A stretch of 64,000 bases of DNA from an archaeon (GCA_035290965.1 DATDTD010000064.1:108-64107); one strand, 5' to 3'. Counted from the stretch's first letter, positions 17,803 to 26,568 are shown. Notes: generated by a model from the sequence alone, not told the origin. Numbers and translations: made by a program.

Positions 17803-19305
17803 ATGACCTCGAGCACTTCTTTTCAAAATTATTTTGCCGCTTCTGAAAAGACTGAGAATACTATTTTTTGGCTCTCCAGCGCAAAATACTTGGAAGAAAA
17901 AAAGGCAATCCTTGTTGAATTCTCTTCAGGAAACCAGAAGAGGACTGCAAGCATTGCCTTCTTTCCAAGCTTTCTTGTTTCAAAAAAAGCAATTTCAAAG
18001 GAAGACCTGAAAAATGAAATTTCCCTGCTCGGAAACCAGAAATTCACTCTTGCAGAAACAGAAACCTGCTTCAGGGTTGTTTCTACAAATTTTTCCTTTC
18101 TTGAAAAGCTTGCAAACAATATTTTTGCCTCGAACAATGCAATTCCTGTAATGCCCTCCCCCGAAAGGCAGTTCCTCATGGAAAAAAACTGGGGTTTTTT
18201 CTCTGCATTCAATTTTTCAGAATCAGAGGAAATTCCCGAAAAAAACTTTTCCCTGCCCAATATCAAAACAGATTTTTTTTCAGAGCCGCTTCCAAAAACA
18301 ATTTCAGAGCTTGCAAAAATAGATTCTGAAGAGGCAAACTCTATTCTCGCGCTTGTAGCGCTTTCAAAGATTCTCTGCCTGCCGCTTGAAAAAATCCCGA
18401 GCGCTGGCTTTTTGCAGCAGGAAATTTTCCTTGAAAACATTTTTTTCAAAAACAATTTTGCTCCGGAACAATTGTCAAAGCACGACATGCACGAAATCCA
18501 TCTTTCCCAGGCAGCGAGCTTTTTCAGGGGCACTCCCGAATTCGACCTTGCTCCTTTGATTCCCTCGCTTCTTACAGATGCTGTTTACAATCTCGGCCCT
18601 GATTCCATAAATTGTTCCTGCTGTGAGCCAAAAACCCTTGATGCAAAAAACCTTTTGCCAAGCACTCTTGTTGAGGTAGAGTTCCTGAAGGACGCTTTTT
18701 ACTTTGAATCCGGCAATTCCTGCTTTTCAAATGCTTTCCATGAAAGCAATTCCCTGAAAGAAAACAGGCTGCAGAGAAAAAAGGAATTTTTCCTCAAACA
18801 GTTTCCAATTGGGCCTTTCAGCAGAAACCAGGCAAGCCAAATTCCCCTGCCTGATGCAGCCGTGCTTGAGCAGGATTCCTCGGCAAAAATTCTTGGCTTT
18901 AAGGAAAGGCACTGGCACTGCATGAAGCAGGAATCCCTTGTTTCAAAAACAATAAAAGCAATCATGGAGGAAACTGCGGAAGCAAATTCCTTCATTGAAA
19001 AAACCCAAAGGGAGTGCTTTGCAGGCAATGGAATAATGGGTTTTTCGGAAATGGAAAAAAACTTTTCACTGCGCTTTGCTCTTGAATACAAGAAATCTTT
19101 GGAATTTTTCCTTCTCAATCTTCCCGCGCATTTCTGCAACAGGGAAAGCAGGTTTTACAATCCTGTTTTTTCAAGTGCAGTAGAGGCTGTTTACAGCAAT
19201 GCAATCATTGCATTCAATTCCATAAAGCAAAACCCTTCCACAGCCGGCATTCCCAACGAGCGCCTGAACACCTATCTGCTTGCAACAGCAAAAAGGGAAG
19301 AATAA
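17803..19305 (+). CDS. truncated, probably inactive family B DNA polymerase-like protein
   Basis: By-eye collinear similarity to archaeal PolB. Matches include the N-terminal domain (SPERQFLMEKNWGFF vs IPFAKRYLIDKGLIP), ExoIII-like AKIDSEEANSILAL, GFLQQEIFLENIFFKNNFAPEQ, motif A-like EFDLAPLIPSLLTDAVYNLGPDSIN and HWHCMKQES vs RWYCKECAES. Motif C DTD is replaced (FAGNGI). ExoI/II and the thumb are absent. Confidence 0.45.
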   Translation: MTSSTSFQNYFAASEKTENTIFWLSSAKYLEEKKAILVEFSSGNQKRTASIAFFPSFLVSKKAISKEDLKNEISLLGNQKFTLAETETCFRVVSTNFSFLEKLANNIFASNNAIPVMPSPERQFLMEKNWGFFSAFNFSESEEIPEKNFSLPNIKTDFFSEPLPKTISELAKIDSEEANSILALVALSKILCLPLEKIPSAGFLQQEIFLENIFFKNNFAPEQLSKHDMHEIHLSQAASFFRGTPEFDLAPLIPSLLTDAVYNLGPDSINCSCCEPKTLDAKNLLPSTLVEVEFLKDAFYFESGNSCFSNAFHESNSLKENRLQRKKEFFLKQFPIGPFSRNQASQIPLPDAAVLEQDSSAKILGFKERHWHCMKQESLVSKTIKAIMEETAEANSFIEKTQRECFAGNGIMGFSEMEKNFSLRFALEYKKSLEFFLLNLPAHFCNRESRFYNPVFSSAVEAVYSNAIIAFNSIKQNPSTAGIPNERLNTYLLATAKREE

Positions 19306-19353
19306 CCCCCATTTGCCTGCCTGTTTGCAAGCCTGCTTTTTCACGCTTTCCGA

Positions 19354-19632
19354 ATGGCTTTTTTAACCTTTGCGTTTACTAGTTTTTTTGAATACATAGC
19401 TGTTTTTTTCCTGAGTGTGTTTTTTTTGGAAAAGATTTCAAGGTTTGAAAAAGCAAGGTTATTGTCGGCAAGGGCGCTGCAGTTAGCATTGGGCGCGCCT
19501 CCCTTGATAAAAATAGAGTCGGAAAGGACAATGTTCGAGGTTGCAACCAAGGAATTCGAGCAGAAAATCCTGCCATTGACTATTTTGAGGACTTTTCCAA
19601 ACGGCGAAAAAAAGGAAATTTCCTGGAATTAA
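19354..19632 (+). CDS. doubtful hypothetical ORF upstream of rps17e
   Basis: 92-aa ORF with one N-terminal hydrophobic segment. A competing antisense ORF (19341-19550) is equally plausible. Confidence 0.2.
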   Translation: MAFLTFAFTSFFEYIAVFFLSVFFLEKISRFEKARLLSARALQLALGAPPLIKIESERTMFEVATKEFEQKILPLTILRTFPNGEKKEISWN

Positions 19633-19653
19633 AAATTTCAAATTGGTGTTTTT

Positions 19654-19848
19654 ATGGGAAAAGCTGTTCCAAAAGCAATCAAAATGCGCGTAATAGAGCT
19701 CCTTGAGGAAATTCCCGAAAAGTTTTCCATTGATTTTGAGGCAAACAAAAAAGTCCTTGACGCCTTAAAAATGCCTTTTTCAAAAGTAGACAGGAACATG
19801 ATGGCTGCCTTTGTCGCAAGAAAAATCAAGGCACAGAAAAAAGCCTAA
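19654..19848 (+). CDS. rps17e: 30S ribosomal protein S17e
   Basis: MGKAVPKAIKMRVIELLEEIPEKFSIDFEANKKVL....SK..RN.MA.FV.R matches the archaeal S17e pattern. Confidence 0.8.
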   Translation: MGKAVPKAIKMRVIELLEEIPEKFSIDFEANKKVLDALKMPFSKVDRNMMAAFVARKIKAQKKA

Positions 19849-20447
19849 TTTTTGTCTTTTGAATGAACATGAATAATCTGATTTCCTTCGGCTATTTTTT
19901 CCAAATACCCAAGCAATTCTGCCGCCTGTTTCTTTTTGTGTCCGTTAGGCAGGGCTTCAACATATTTTTTTAGTTCACGCACGTTGATTGCCCCTACTTC
20001 AAAAAAAACAAGGTTTCCTTTCGGAGTCCTGCCTACATTGGTTTCAAAGCGGTTAATGAGAATTCCCGCCTTTGAAAATTCTCTTGCAAGAACATTTATT
20101 TCTTCCTTGACTTTGCTTCTGTGCTTCAAAAAATTTTTATCAGCGGCCATGTCCTCGTAAAAGCCGTTTATCCCCTTCCTGCTTGTTCTGTTTAATGGAA
20201 CTGCTTCCAAAAAAACACTTCTTTTGTCAGTGCCTGAAGCAACAAGCCTTGGAAAATGGCTTGGAAACAAAAGATGCGCCATGCTCATTGCAGTGCTGTA
20301 TGCCGGATTGGGATTCCATTTTTCCCTGACTGTCCTTTTCACCAAATGAGGAAATCCTTTGAAACCGAGTTTATGCTTTTCTTTTTGTGAAAGAGAGCGC
20401 ACAGCTGCATGCTCCCCAGTTATATTGACACGGCGCGGCTTTGTCAT
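19845..20447 (-). CDS. hypothetical protein immediately downstream of rad50
   Basis: 200-aa ORF with no recognisable motifs. It lacks metallophosphoesterase signatures, so it is not Mre11. Confidence 0.5.
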   Translation of the reverse strand: MTKPRRVNITGEHAAVRSLSQKEKHKLGFKGFPHLVKRTVREKWNPNPAYSTAMSMAHLLFPSHFPRLVASGTDKRSVFLEAVPLNRTSRKGINGFYEDMAADKNFLKHRSKVKEEINVLAREFSKAGILINRFETNVGRTPKGNLVFFEVGAINVRELKKYVEALPNGHKKKQAAELLGYLEKIAEGNQIIHVHSKDKN

Positions 20448-20510
20448 ATATGCAAAAAAGAATGAAAAACAATTTTTTAATGCTTGCTGAAAAAAGCATG
20501 AACATTACTT

Positions 20511-22571
20511 TTACATTATTTCAAGTTTTTCGGGCATTGTTGCCCCGTCGTTTCCCTTGTCTCTCTGCAGGGCGTAAATGCTTGCGCTTGCTGCTTTTTC
20601 CATTTCCCTGTCATGCGTAATAATGAAAATCTGCTCCACAAGTTCGGGCAATTGTTCCCTCATTGTTTTGCTTAAAACGCTAACTGAATGTGCATCAAGA
20701 TTGTGAGTCGGCTCATCCAGAATCAATAGTGAAAGATTCTGTGTTAAAACAAGCGAAAAGGCAATCCTGATGCAGAGAGCGGCAGCGCTTCTTTCTCCGC
20801 CGCTCAAAATTCCTTCAACCCTTGTCCAGTTTCCGTTCCTGTCCTTTACCTTCAGTTCATAGCTTCCCTGTTCTATTTCAAGCCTTGCGCTTGAAAAATC
20901 GCCGTAAGGATAAATTTTCTGCCAGATATCGTTCATTGCAAGATTAATGTTTTCCACAAGCATTTCCCGCAGTTCTGCCTGCGTTGCCTTCAAGGAGTTT
21001 GTAAAAAGAATTATTTTTTCCCGCGCTTTTTCGCTTTTTTTGATTTTTTCCTCAAGCTCAAGCAGCTGTTTTTTTACATCTTCGGCTTTTTTGAGGTCCT
21101 GGCTGAGCTCTCCGATTCTTTCATTGTCGTTTCTTTTTTCACGCTCAAGGCTTTCAAGCAGGGATTTTTCCTCAATCAGCTGCTTCTGGTTTTTTTTAAG
21201 TTCTGATTCTTCAAAGCCTGTTTTTTCAAGTTCTTTTTCAGCTTTCTCAGCATTCTTTTCAGTCTCTGAAAGGCTTTTTTCCTTTTTTTCAATTGCCTCG
21301 AATTCTTTCAAAAGTCCTTTCATTTCAAGGAGGGCTTCTTTTTCCTTTTCCCTTTTCTCTTCAAGCTTTTCCTTCAAAGAGTTTTTTTTGTCAATCTCTT
21401 CCTTTGCCTTTTTCATTTTTCCAAGCAGTTCTTTTTCCTTCAGCGCAATTTCCTCTTTTTCGGCAGTGTTTTCCCCGAGAAGGGATTTTTTCGCATTTTC
21501 ATCAAGCGGCTTTTTGCACACAGGGCAGTCTGCCTTTGCATGCTTGAGCTCGTGGATTGATTTTTCAATGCGCGAAATTTTTTCCTCGTTCAATCCCTGT
21601 TCCTTTACAAGCGCATTCGCTTCCTGCATCAGTTCCTTTATTTCAGAATCGTTTTTGCTTTTTTCCCCGAGGATTTTTTCAATTTCCTTTTCCTTTTCAT
21701 GAAGCTCTTTTTCAAGCGCAGTTCCTGTTTTTCCCTTCAATGACTTTTTTGTTTCCTCAATTGTTTTTTTTGTTTCGCGGATTTCAGCCTGCATTGCAAG
21801 CAGCTCTTCCTTTGCCCTGTGAAATTCCTTTTCCTTTTTTTCAAGCTCTGTTTCTTTTTCGCGGAGCTTTTCAATTTCTTTTTTTGTACCTGCGATTTTT
21901 TCTTCTGCTTCAGAAACAGCCTTTTTCTTTGCCGAGATTTTTTTTCCAAGCTCGGAAAGTTCTTTTTCATCGAAAACTTTTTTCTGCTTTTCAAGCCAGT
22001 CTTTTCTTTCTGCAAGAAGGTCTTTCAAAGAGTTGGAAATTTTCACTGCATTGCCCCTTGCCTGCTCGTATTTTTTCAAGTCAAGCAGCTCGTCAAACTG
22101 CTCTTTTCTCTCCAATGGGGAAAGCCGTAGAAAAAAGTCTATCTGGTTCTGTTCCGAATAAACAGCCCTGCTGAAGAGATTGTAATTGATTTCAAGCGCC
22201 TGTTCAATCGCCCTTGTGACATCGGTTGATTTCGGGCCTGCCAGCAGCTTGTTTTCGCAGTGCAGTTTTGCCTCGTTTGTGCCTTTTCTTTTTATTATTC
22301 TTTCAACTGCAAAATTTTTTTCATTGTAAAAAAATTCCACTGAAACCTTTGCAAATTCCTCTTTGTTCGGCTTGCTTGTAATGATTTCTTCAAGAGAAAC
22401 CCGCTTGCTCTGCAAAGCAGGAAAAGTTCCGAAGAGAGCGAAGCAGATTGCGTCCATGATTGAGCTTTTGCCCGAGCCCATTGCACCTACAAGCACGTTT
22501 GTCCCGTTTTCAAATTCAAAAACGCTTTTTGCATGCGTGCGCCAGTTTTCAAGCGTGACTCTTTTTATCAT
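20511..22571 (-). CDS. rad50: Rad50 ATPase (short coiled coil, zinc hook)
   Basis: Walker A GAMGSGKSS, long K/E-rich coiled coils, a CPVC zinc hook (KADCPVCKKPL), the signature LSGGERS and Walker B LLILDEPT. Confidence 0.9.
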   Translation of the reverse strand: MIKRVTLENWRTHAKSVFEFENGTNVLVGAMGSGKSSIMDAICFALFGTFPALQSKRVSLEEIITSKPNKEEFAKVSVEFFYNEKNFAVERIIKRKGTNEAKLHCENKLLAGPKSTDVTRAIEQALEINYNLFSRAVYSEQNQIDFFLRLSPLERKEQFDELLDLKKYEQARGNAVKISNSLKDLLAERKDWLEKQKKVFDEKELSELGKKISAKKKAVSEAEEKIAGTKKEIEKLREKETELEKKEKEFHRAKEELLAMQAEIRETKKTIEETKKSLKGKTGTALEKELHEKEKEIEKILGEKSKNDSEIKELMQEANALVKEQGLNEEKISRIEKSIHELKHAKADCPVCKKPLDENAKKSLLGENTAEKEEIALKEKELLGKMKKAKEEIDKKNSLKEKLEEKREKEKEALLEMKGLLKEFEAIEKKEKSLSETEKNAEKAEKELEKTGFEESELKKNQKQLIEEKSLLESLEREKRNDNERIGELSQDLKKAEDVKKQLLELEEKIKKSEKAREKIILFTNSLKATQAELREMLVENINLAMNDIWQKIYPYGDFSSARLEIEQGSYELKVKDRNGNWTRVEGILSGGERSAAALCIRIAFSLVLTQNLSLLILDEPTHNLDAHSVSVLSKTMREQLPELVEQIFIITHDREMEKAASASIYALQRDKGNDGATMPEKLEIM

Positions 22572-22621
22572 TCTGACCAGTAAAAACAGCTATGGAAATT
22601 GATTAAAAAAGAAGCCGATTT

Positions 22622-22879
22622 TTAAAGCAGAGTCATGTTTTCCACTTCTGAGTTTTCAATGCTTTCAATGGAAGAAATTTCCTGTTCAAGCTCTGCGAGC
22701 GCGGTATCTGCCTTTTCTTCTATCAAAATTGCTGCCTTGAGAATTTCAATTCCGAATCCTATTGGAAATTTCTGGACATCCTTTACAATGCCTTTCTTTA
22801 TTTTTTTCAAATCGGCAATTGCATTGTCAATCTGGTCTTCCTTGGGAGTAATCTTGAAGATTACGATTGTTTTTCCCAA
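22622..22879 (-). CDS. ef1b: translation elongation factor aEF-1 beta
   Basis: 85-aa protein. KITPKE......A...LKKI...........P.GFG...L is typical of aEF-1beta. Confidence 0.8.
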   Translation of the reverse strand: MGKTIVIFKITPKEDQIDNAIADLKKIKKGIVKDVQKFPIGFGIEILKAAILIEEKADTALAELEQEISSIESIENSEVENMTLL

Positions 22880-22900
22880 GCAAAAACACCTTAGAAGCAG

Positions 22901-23065
22901 TTACGGCCCTTCAAAGCCGCATTCCCCGCATTTGTATGTTTTCACTGCCTTTCTGCAGTGCGGGCAGCGCAGTATGCGCTCTTTGCCGCAGTTCGGGCAT
23001 TTGAACTCTACAAATCCTGTTGTCAGTTCCCTGTTGCAAGTGCTGCAAACCTTCAAGATTATCAC
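22901..23065 (-). CDS. 54-aa double Zn-ribbon protein (not in the ORF track)
   Basis: Has a GTG start. My own translation is VIILKVCSTCNRELTTGFVEFKCPNCGKERILRCPHCRKAVKTYKCGECGFEGP, containing four CxxC pairs. A Zn-ribbon gene upstream of aEF-1beta is a common archaeal arrangement. Confidence 0.65.
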   Translation of the reverse strand: MIILKVCSTCNRELTTGFVEFKCPNCGKERILRCPHCRKAVKTYKCGECGFEGP

Positions 23066-23157
23066 CAAAAACCAATTATTCTAAAGTTGCCAAAATTAAT
23101 AATTAGAACTTTATACAACATTCTTTAATCAGAGCGGTTTTTAAAGTTAATTCTGAA

Positions 23158-23229
23158 GGGCCCATAGGCTAATGGATAGACTATCCGGCTTCGGACCGGA
23201 TAATGGGGGTTCGAATCCCTCTGGGCCCG
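23158..23229 (+). tRNA. tRNA-Arg (TCG)
   Basis: GGGCCCATAGGCTAATGGATAGACTATCCGGCTTCGGACCGGATAATGGGGGTTCGAATCCCTCTGGGCCCG. Anticodon loop is CTTCGGA and the T-loop is GTTCGAATC. Confidence 0.9.
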
Positions 23230-23244
23230 CTGGATTGATTAAAA

Positions 23245-23958
23245 ATGCGCGTCCCAAAAAAAACGCAGAAACAGAGAAAGCCGCGGGCAAGAGCTGCTGG
23301 CTGGGCAAGCCTGAAAGTGCATGACATTCCGAGCAGCACAACTCTGTTTCCTGTTCTCTTTCGTTATATCTCTCCAAACAGCAGGATTTTGGATGTAGGA
23401 TGCGGTCCAGGGAAAGTCAGTTCAAGCCTGTATGAACAAGGCTATGCAAATATTTTTGGGATAGACATTAATCCGAACGCAGTGCGCTTTGCAAGAAAAA
23501 GCCTTTCAAAGCTCGGAATGCAGAAAGCAGGAGAATGTTTCAGGGTTGCCAACGCGCAAAAAATTCCTTTTCCGAACTCTTCTTTTGACTGCATAATAAA
23601 CAAGGCTTTCTGGACTACTGTAACTTCAAACAGGGCAGCCATAATAAAAGAGATTGCGCGAGTCCTTAAACCGCAGGGAGTTTTGTATCTTGCAGAATTT
23701 GCCCAGAACTGGCGCGCGCAAAAATTCCGGCAGGACTATGAGAAAGGAATAAGAAAGGGCTATGAAAAAGGAACATTTGACGCTGCCAGCAGAAGCGGCA
23801 TGCCTGATTTACAAGTGCACCATTATACAAAAGCAGAATTTGCTTCTTTGCTGAAACAGGCGGGTTTCAGGATTGAACATTATTCCAAAGAGCCCTTCAA
23901 AACAAGAACAGGAACACCCACAATAGGGCATGTGATTATTGCAAGAAAAAGCGCATAG
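23245..23958 (+). CDS. class I SAM-dependent methyltransferase
   Basis: Motif I ILDVGCGPGK, then FGIDIN and the post-I/II acidic residues. Confidence 0.75.
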   Translation: MRVPKKTQKQRKPRARAAGWASLKVHDIPSSTTLFPVLFRYISPNSRILDVGCGPGKVSSSLYEQGYANIFGIDINPNAVRFARKSLSKLGMQKAGECFRVANAQKIPFPNSSFDCIINKAFWTTVTSNRAAIIKEIARVLKPQGVLYLAEFAQNWRAQKFRQDYEKGIRKGYEKGTFDAASRSGMPDLQVHHYTKAEFASLLKQAGFRIEHYSKEPFKTRTGTPTIGHVIIARKSA

Positions 23959-25332
23959 TTACAAGAAGCCCTCTTTTCCCCGCAGATATCTAGTGAAAAA
24001 TTCCTGAAATTCAGGGCTTTTTTTGTAGAGCTTTTCAAGGTTTTTTTCGTGCAAAACAACTGCCTTCTGCTGTATTGCCTTTTTCATGTCGGGCTTTTCC
24101 TGTGAAACAATTTTTTTTGCATATCCTGCCAAGAACTTTTCGGCGCTTGTAAATTCGCGTTCTGTTTCCAGAACCCACCTTCCCTTTTCAATTCTCGGCC
24201 CAGATAATGGCTTTTTATGGGCTTTAAGAAATTTTTCAGAATGCTCTTTCATTTCAACAGGCGGCCCTATTCTTTTCACTGCCTTCTGCAGTTGCAGGCT
24301 TTCAAGCTCGAACAAAAAAATAATATTGTTTTTTTCGTCAGTCCATTCAGCCGAAGAATCAACCTTGAAATCGTGGACTTCAAGCGCCTTGGAAATCTTT
24401 TCGCGCAGGCGCTTTATTTCCCCCCAGATAACATCAGCGAGCGCGCCTTTGGGATAGCCTATTTCAAGCCCGATTAATTCCTTTTTCTTCAAAATCTCAA
24501 GAACCTTCTGCATTGGCAACGGAGTTATTCTTTCGGGGAAAAAGAATTTCATTGAAGGCTTTTTCAGGAAAGCGTTTGCAGCGGCAACAAGCCGATTGAA
24601 TTGTTCAACTGAAAGCGCAGCAGCAACATTCCGATTTTTGTCCACTGGGTCGATTATTACAAGGTGCTTCTGGAATTTTTCCCTTGCCTCTTTTTTTTGC
24701 AAATGATTTTCAATGTCAATTACTTGTCCAAAAGAAAACTTTGCAATTGCTTTTATTGCATTTGCAAAAGTCTTGTATTTCAGAATCAGAAGCTCTACAA
24801 CATACCCCGGAACAGAACCGGTCTTTATTTCTGCGCCGTAGGCATCTATTCCCTTCAGAAACTGCCGCAATAATCTTATTTCGTTTTTCTGTTTTTCCGA
24901 AAGCCTTTTTTTCAGATAGCGCTGGTGGAAAACGCTCCTGTCAACGCTGCTCATTTTTTTTGAGGCATCGCTTATTTTATAGCTTGGAACTATTTCAACT
25001 TCAAAGCCGTAAATCATTCCCCTTACGTAGGGATGCTCGGAATATGCCTCTTCCCATTCATGTCCTTTGAAAACCTGCTTTCCAATCCGCAGGCCTTCTT
25101 TTTCAAACTCTTCCCTTGAAAGTTTCTGCGGGAATAAAACAAAAATATCCAGATCCCTGTCGCCTTTCAGGTGAGTGTCGCGCGCGCTGCTCCCTGCCCA
25201 TACTACGTCAATGTGTTTTCCTTCCATTCCCTTGATCTGCTGCATTATTTTTTTTGCGAGCTCTGCCTCTGATTTTTTTTCCTCTGCAGAGGGAACAACG
25301 CGTTCCAGAACCTGTTTCAGCAATTCTTTCAT
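23959..25332 (-). CDS. cca: CCA-adding tRNA nucleotidyltransferase, archaeal class I
   Basis: GSSARDTHLKGDRDLDIFVLFP is the catalytic motif. Length and N-terminal architecture are typical of archaeal Cca. Confidence 0.9.
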   Translation of the reverse strand: MKELLKQVLERVVPSAEEKKSEAELAKKIMQQIKGMEGKHIDVVWAGSSARDTHLKGDRDLDIFVLFPQKLSREEFEKEGLRIGKQVFKGHEWEEAYSEHPYVRGMIYGFEVEIVPSYKISDASKKMSSVDRSVFHQRYLKKRLSEKQKNEIRLLRQFLKGIDAYGAEIKTGSVPGYVVELLILKYKTFANAIKAIAKFSFGQVIDIENHLQKKEAREKFQKHLVIIDPVDKNRNVAAALSVEQFNRLVAAANAFLKKPSMKFFFPERITPLPMQKVLEILKKKELIGLEIGYPKGALADVIWGEIKRLREKISKALEVHDFKVDSSAEWTDEKNNIIFLFELESLQLQKAVKRIGPPVEMKEHSEKFLKAHKKPLSGPRIEKGRWVLETEREFTSAEKFLAGYAKKIVSQEKPDMKKAIQQKAVVLHEKNLEKLYKKSPEFQEFFTRYLRGKEGFL

Positions 25333-25407
25333 GTCAATCAGGAAAATATTGGCAAAAACCTGTTAATATTACTATCCCATTTTTGCATTGGATTTCTGCA
25401 AATGCCC

Positions 25408-26064
25408 TTATGCTGCAAGCCTTTCCTTTGCCTTTGCAGCAGTGCCTGGCTTCCGCGCAAAATATCCAGTATGCGTTTTGGGATTAATGCGGAAAACATA
25501 TCCTTTCCTTGGAATAGCGTGCTCAACCAGGAATCCATTTTCTTTCAGCATTCTTCTTATGATTTCCGCTATTTTGCTTGTCACTTTTGGAGTGCTGTCA
25601 CTGTATTTTTCCCAAACCTCTTCTATGAAAAGCCCGACCCGTCCGATTTCTTCGGGGGAATTGACAAGTTTTTTTGTTGCTCGCATGCTGAAATATCCAG
25701 TTACTTTTCCGTGCCTGTCAACTGTTTTAATATGCCAGACCTTTAGTCCGTATCCGAATACATGCTTTGTAAGAAAATAATTAAGGTCTCCGAGAGAAGG
25801 CGTTGAAATAGCCCTGCGCAGGGCATAGAAAGGGTGGGTATGCGCAAAAGCATGTTCATTTTCTCTTGGCGGAGAAGGATAGACAAATATTTTTCCGCGG
25901 CCCTCCTCGGCTTCTCTCATGAATCCCGGCTTTCCTTTCTGCCTGTACCAGCCCATTTCCCTTGTTTTGATTTCAGGCATTGCCTCAACAATCTGGTAAG
26001 GCCTTAATTTCTGAGGGTTTGTGGCAAGCATGTGCCTTATTTTTCTCTTGGTGGCAGGTTTCAT
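25408..26064 (-). CDS. hypothetical protein with a possible JAB/RadC-like metal motif
   Basis: EAEEG...AHTHPFYALRRAISTPSLGDL loosely fits E...HxHP...PSxxD, but the spacing is atypical. Confidence 0.4.
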   Translation of the reverse strand: MKPATKRKIRHMLATNPQKLRPYQIVEAMPEIKTREMGWYRQKGKPGFMREAEEGRGKIFVYPSPPRENEHAFAHTHPFYALRRAISTPSLGDLNYFLTKHVFGYGLKVWHIKTVDRHGKVTGYFSMRATKKLVNSPEEIGRVGLFIEEVWEKYSDSTPKVTSKIAEIIRRMLKENGFLVEHAIPRKGYVFRINPKTHTGYFARKPGTAAKAKERLAA

Positions 26065-26174
26065 GCAAAAACAATGGAAACTTCAAATAAAAAGATTTTG
26101 CTTTTGCACTGGGCTGCGGAATTGCATGCGTGAAAAAACATATTTTTAAAACAACGCGCGGTCATTTTTTGTTC

Positions 26175-26390
26175 ATGCTTTCCAAAAGCGAATTGCTTGC
26201 CGCGCTTGACAATGCCCTGAGATTTGAGCTCGAAGAGGGAGTTTCAAGATACTCTGCAATAATCCGGCAGGCTCCCGATGCAGAATCAAAAAAAATACTG
26301 GAAAAACTTTTGCGTGAAACAAAACAGCATGCATTGACTCTTGTTCAGCTGAAATTCCTTGTTCTGGAGGCTGACAAAAATGGCTACTGA
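26175..26390 (+). CDS. small helical protein (ferritin/rubrerythrin-like half-bundle?)
   Basis: 71 aa, predicted two helices, with an E..E....Y ... E..QH pattern. Confidence 0.4.
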   Translation: MLSKSELLAALDNALRFELEEGVSRYSAIIRQAPDAESKKILEKLLRETKQHALTLVQLKFLVLEADKNGY

Positions 26391-26568
26391 AAGCTTTTTG
26401 CTTGACCTGCAAAGCCTTTTGAGGCTTGAACAGAACATGGAATCTGTTTACGAGAAAATATTGAAGCAGATTAGCACTCCTGAAATCAGCGGGCCGATAA
26501 AGGCAATAGATGTGCAGGAACAGGAACATGTAAGGCTGCTTGAAAAACTGATTGAAAAGCACGCATAG
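26380..26568 (+). CDS. small helical protein, apparent paralogue of the preceding ORF
   Basis: 62 aa (MATESFLLDLQSLLRLEQNMESVYEKIL...EQEHVRLLEKL). It overlaps the previous ORF by 11 nt. Confidence 0.4.
   Translation: MATESFLLDLQSLLRLEQNMESVYEKILKQISTPEISGPIKAIDVQEQEHVRLLEKLIEKHA

Noticed and set aside
17829-18533. 234-aa minus-strand ORF inside the PolB-like gene
   Set aside because: It is S/F/K-rich low complexity and antisense to the better-supported + strand ORF.
20947-22174. Long + strand ORFs (251, 205 and 103 aa) rich in Ser/Phe/Leu, opposite rad50
   Set aside because: They are antisense to the K/E-rich coiled-coil codons of rad50 (AAR/GAR read backwards gives YTT/YTC). They are low complexity with no motifs.
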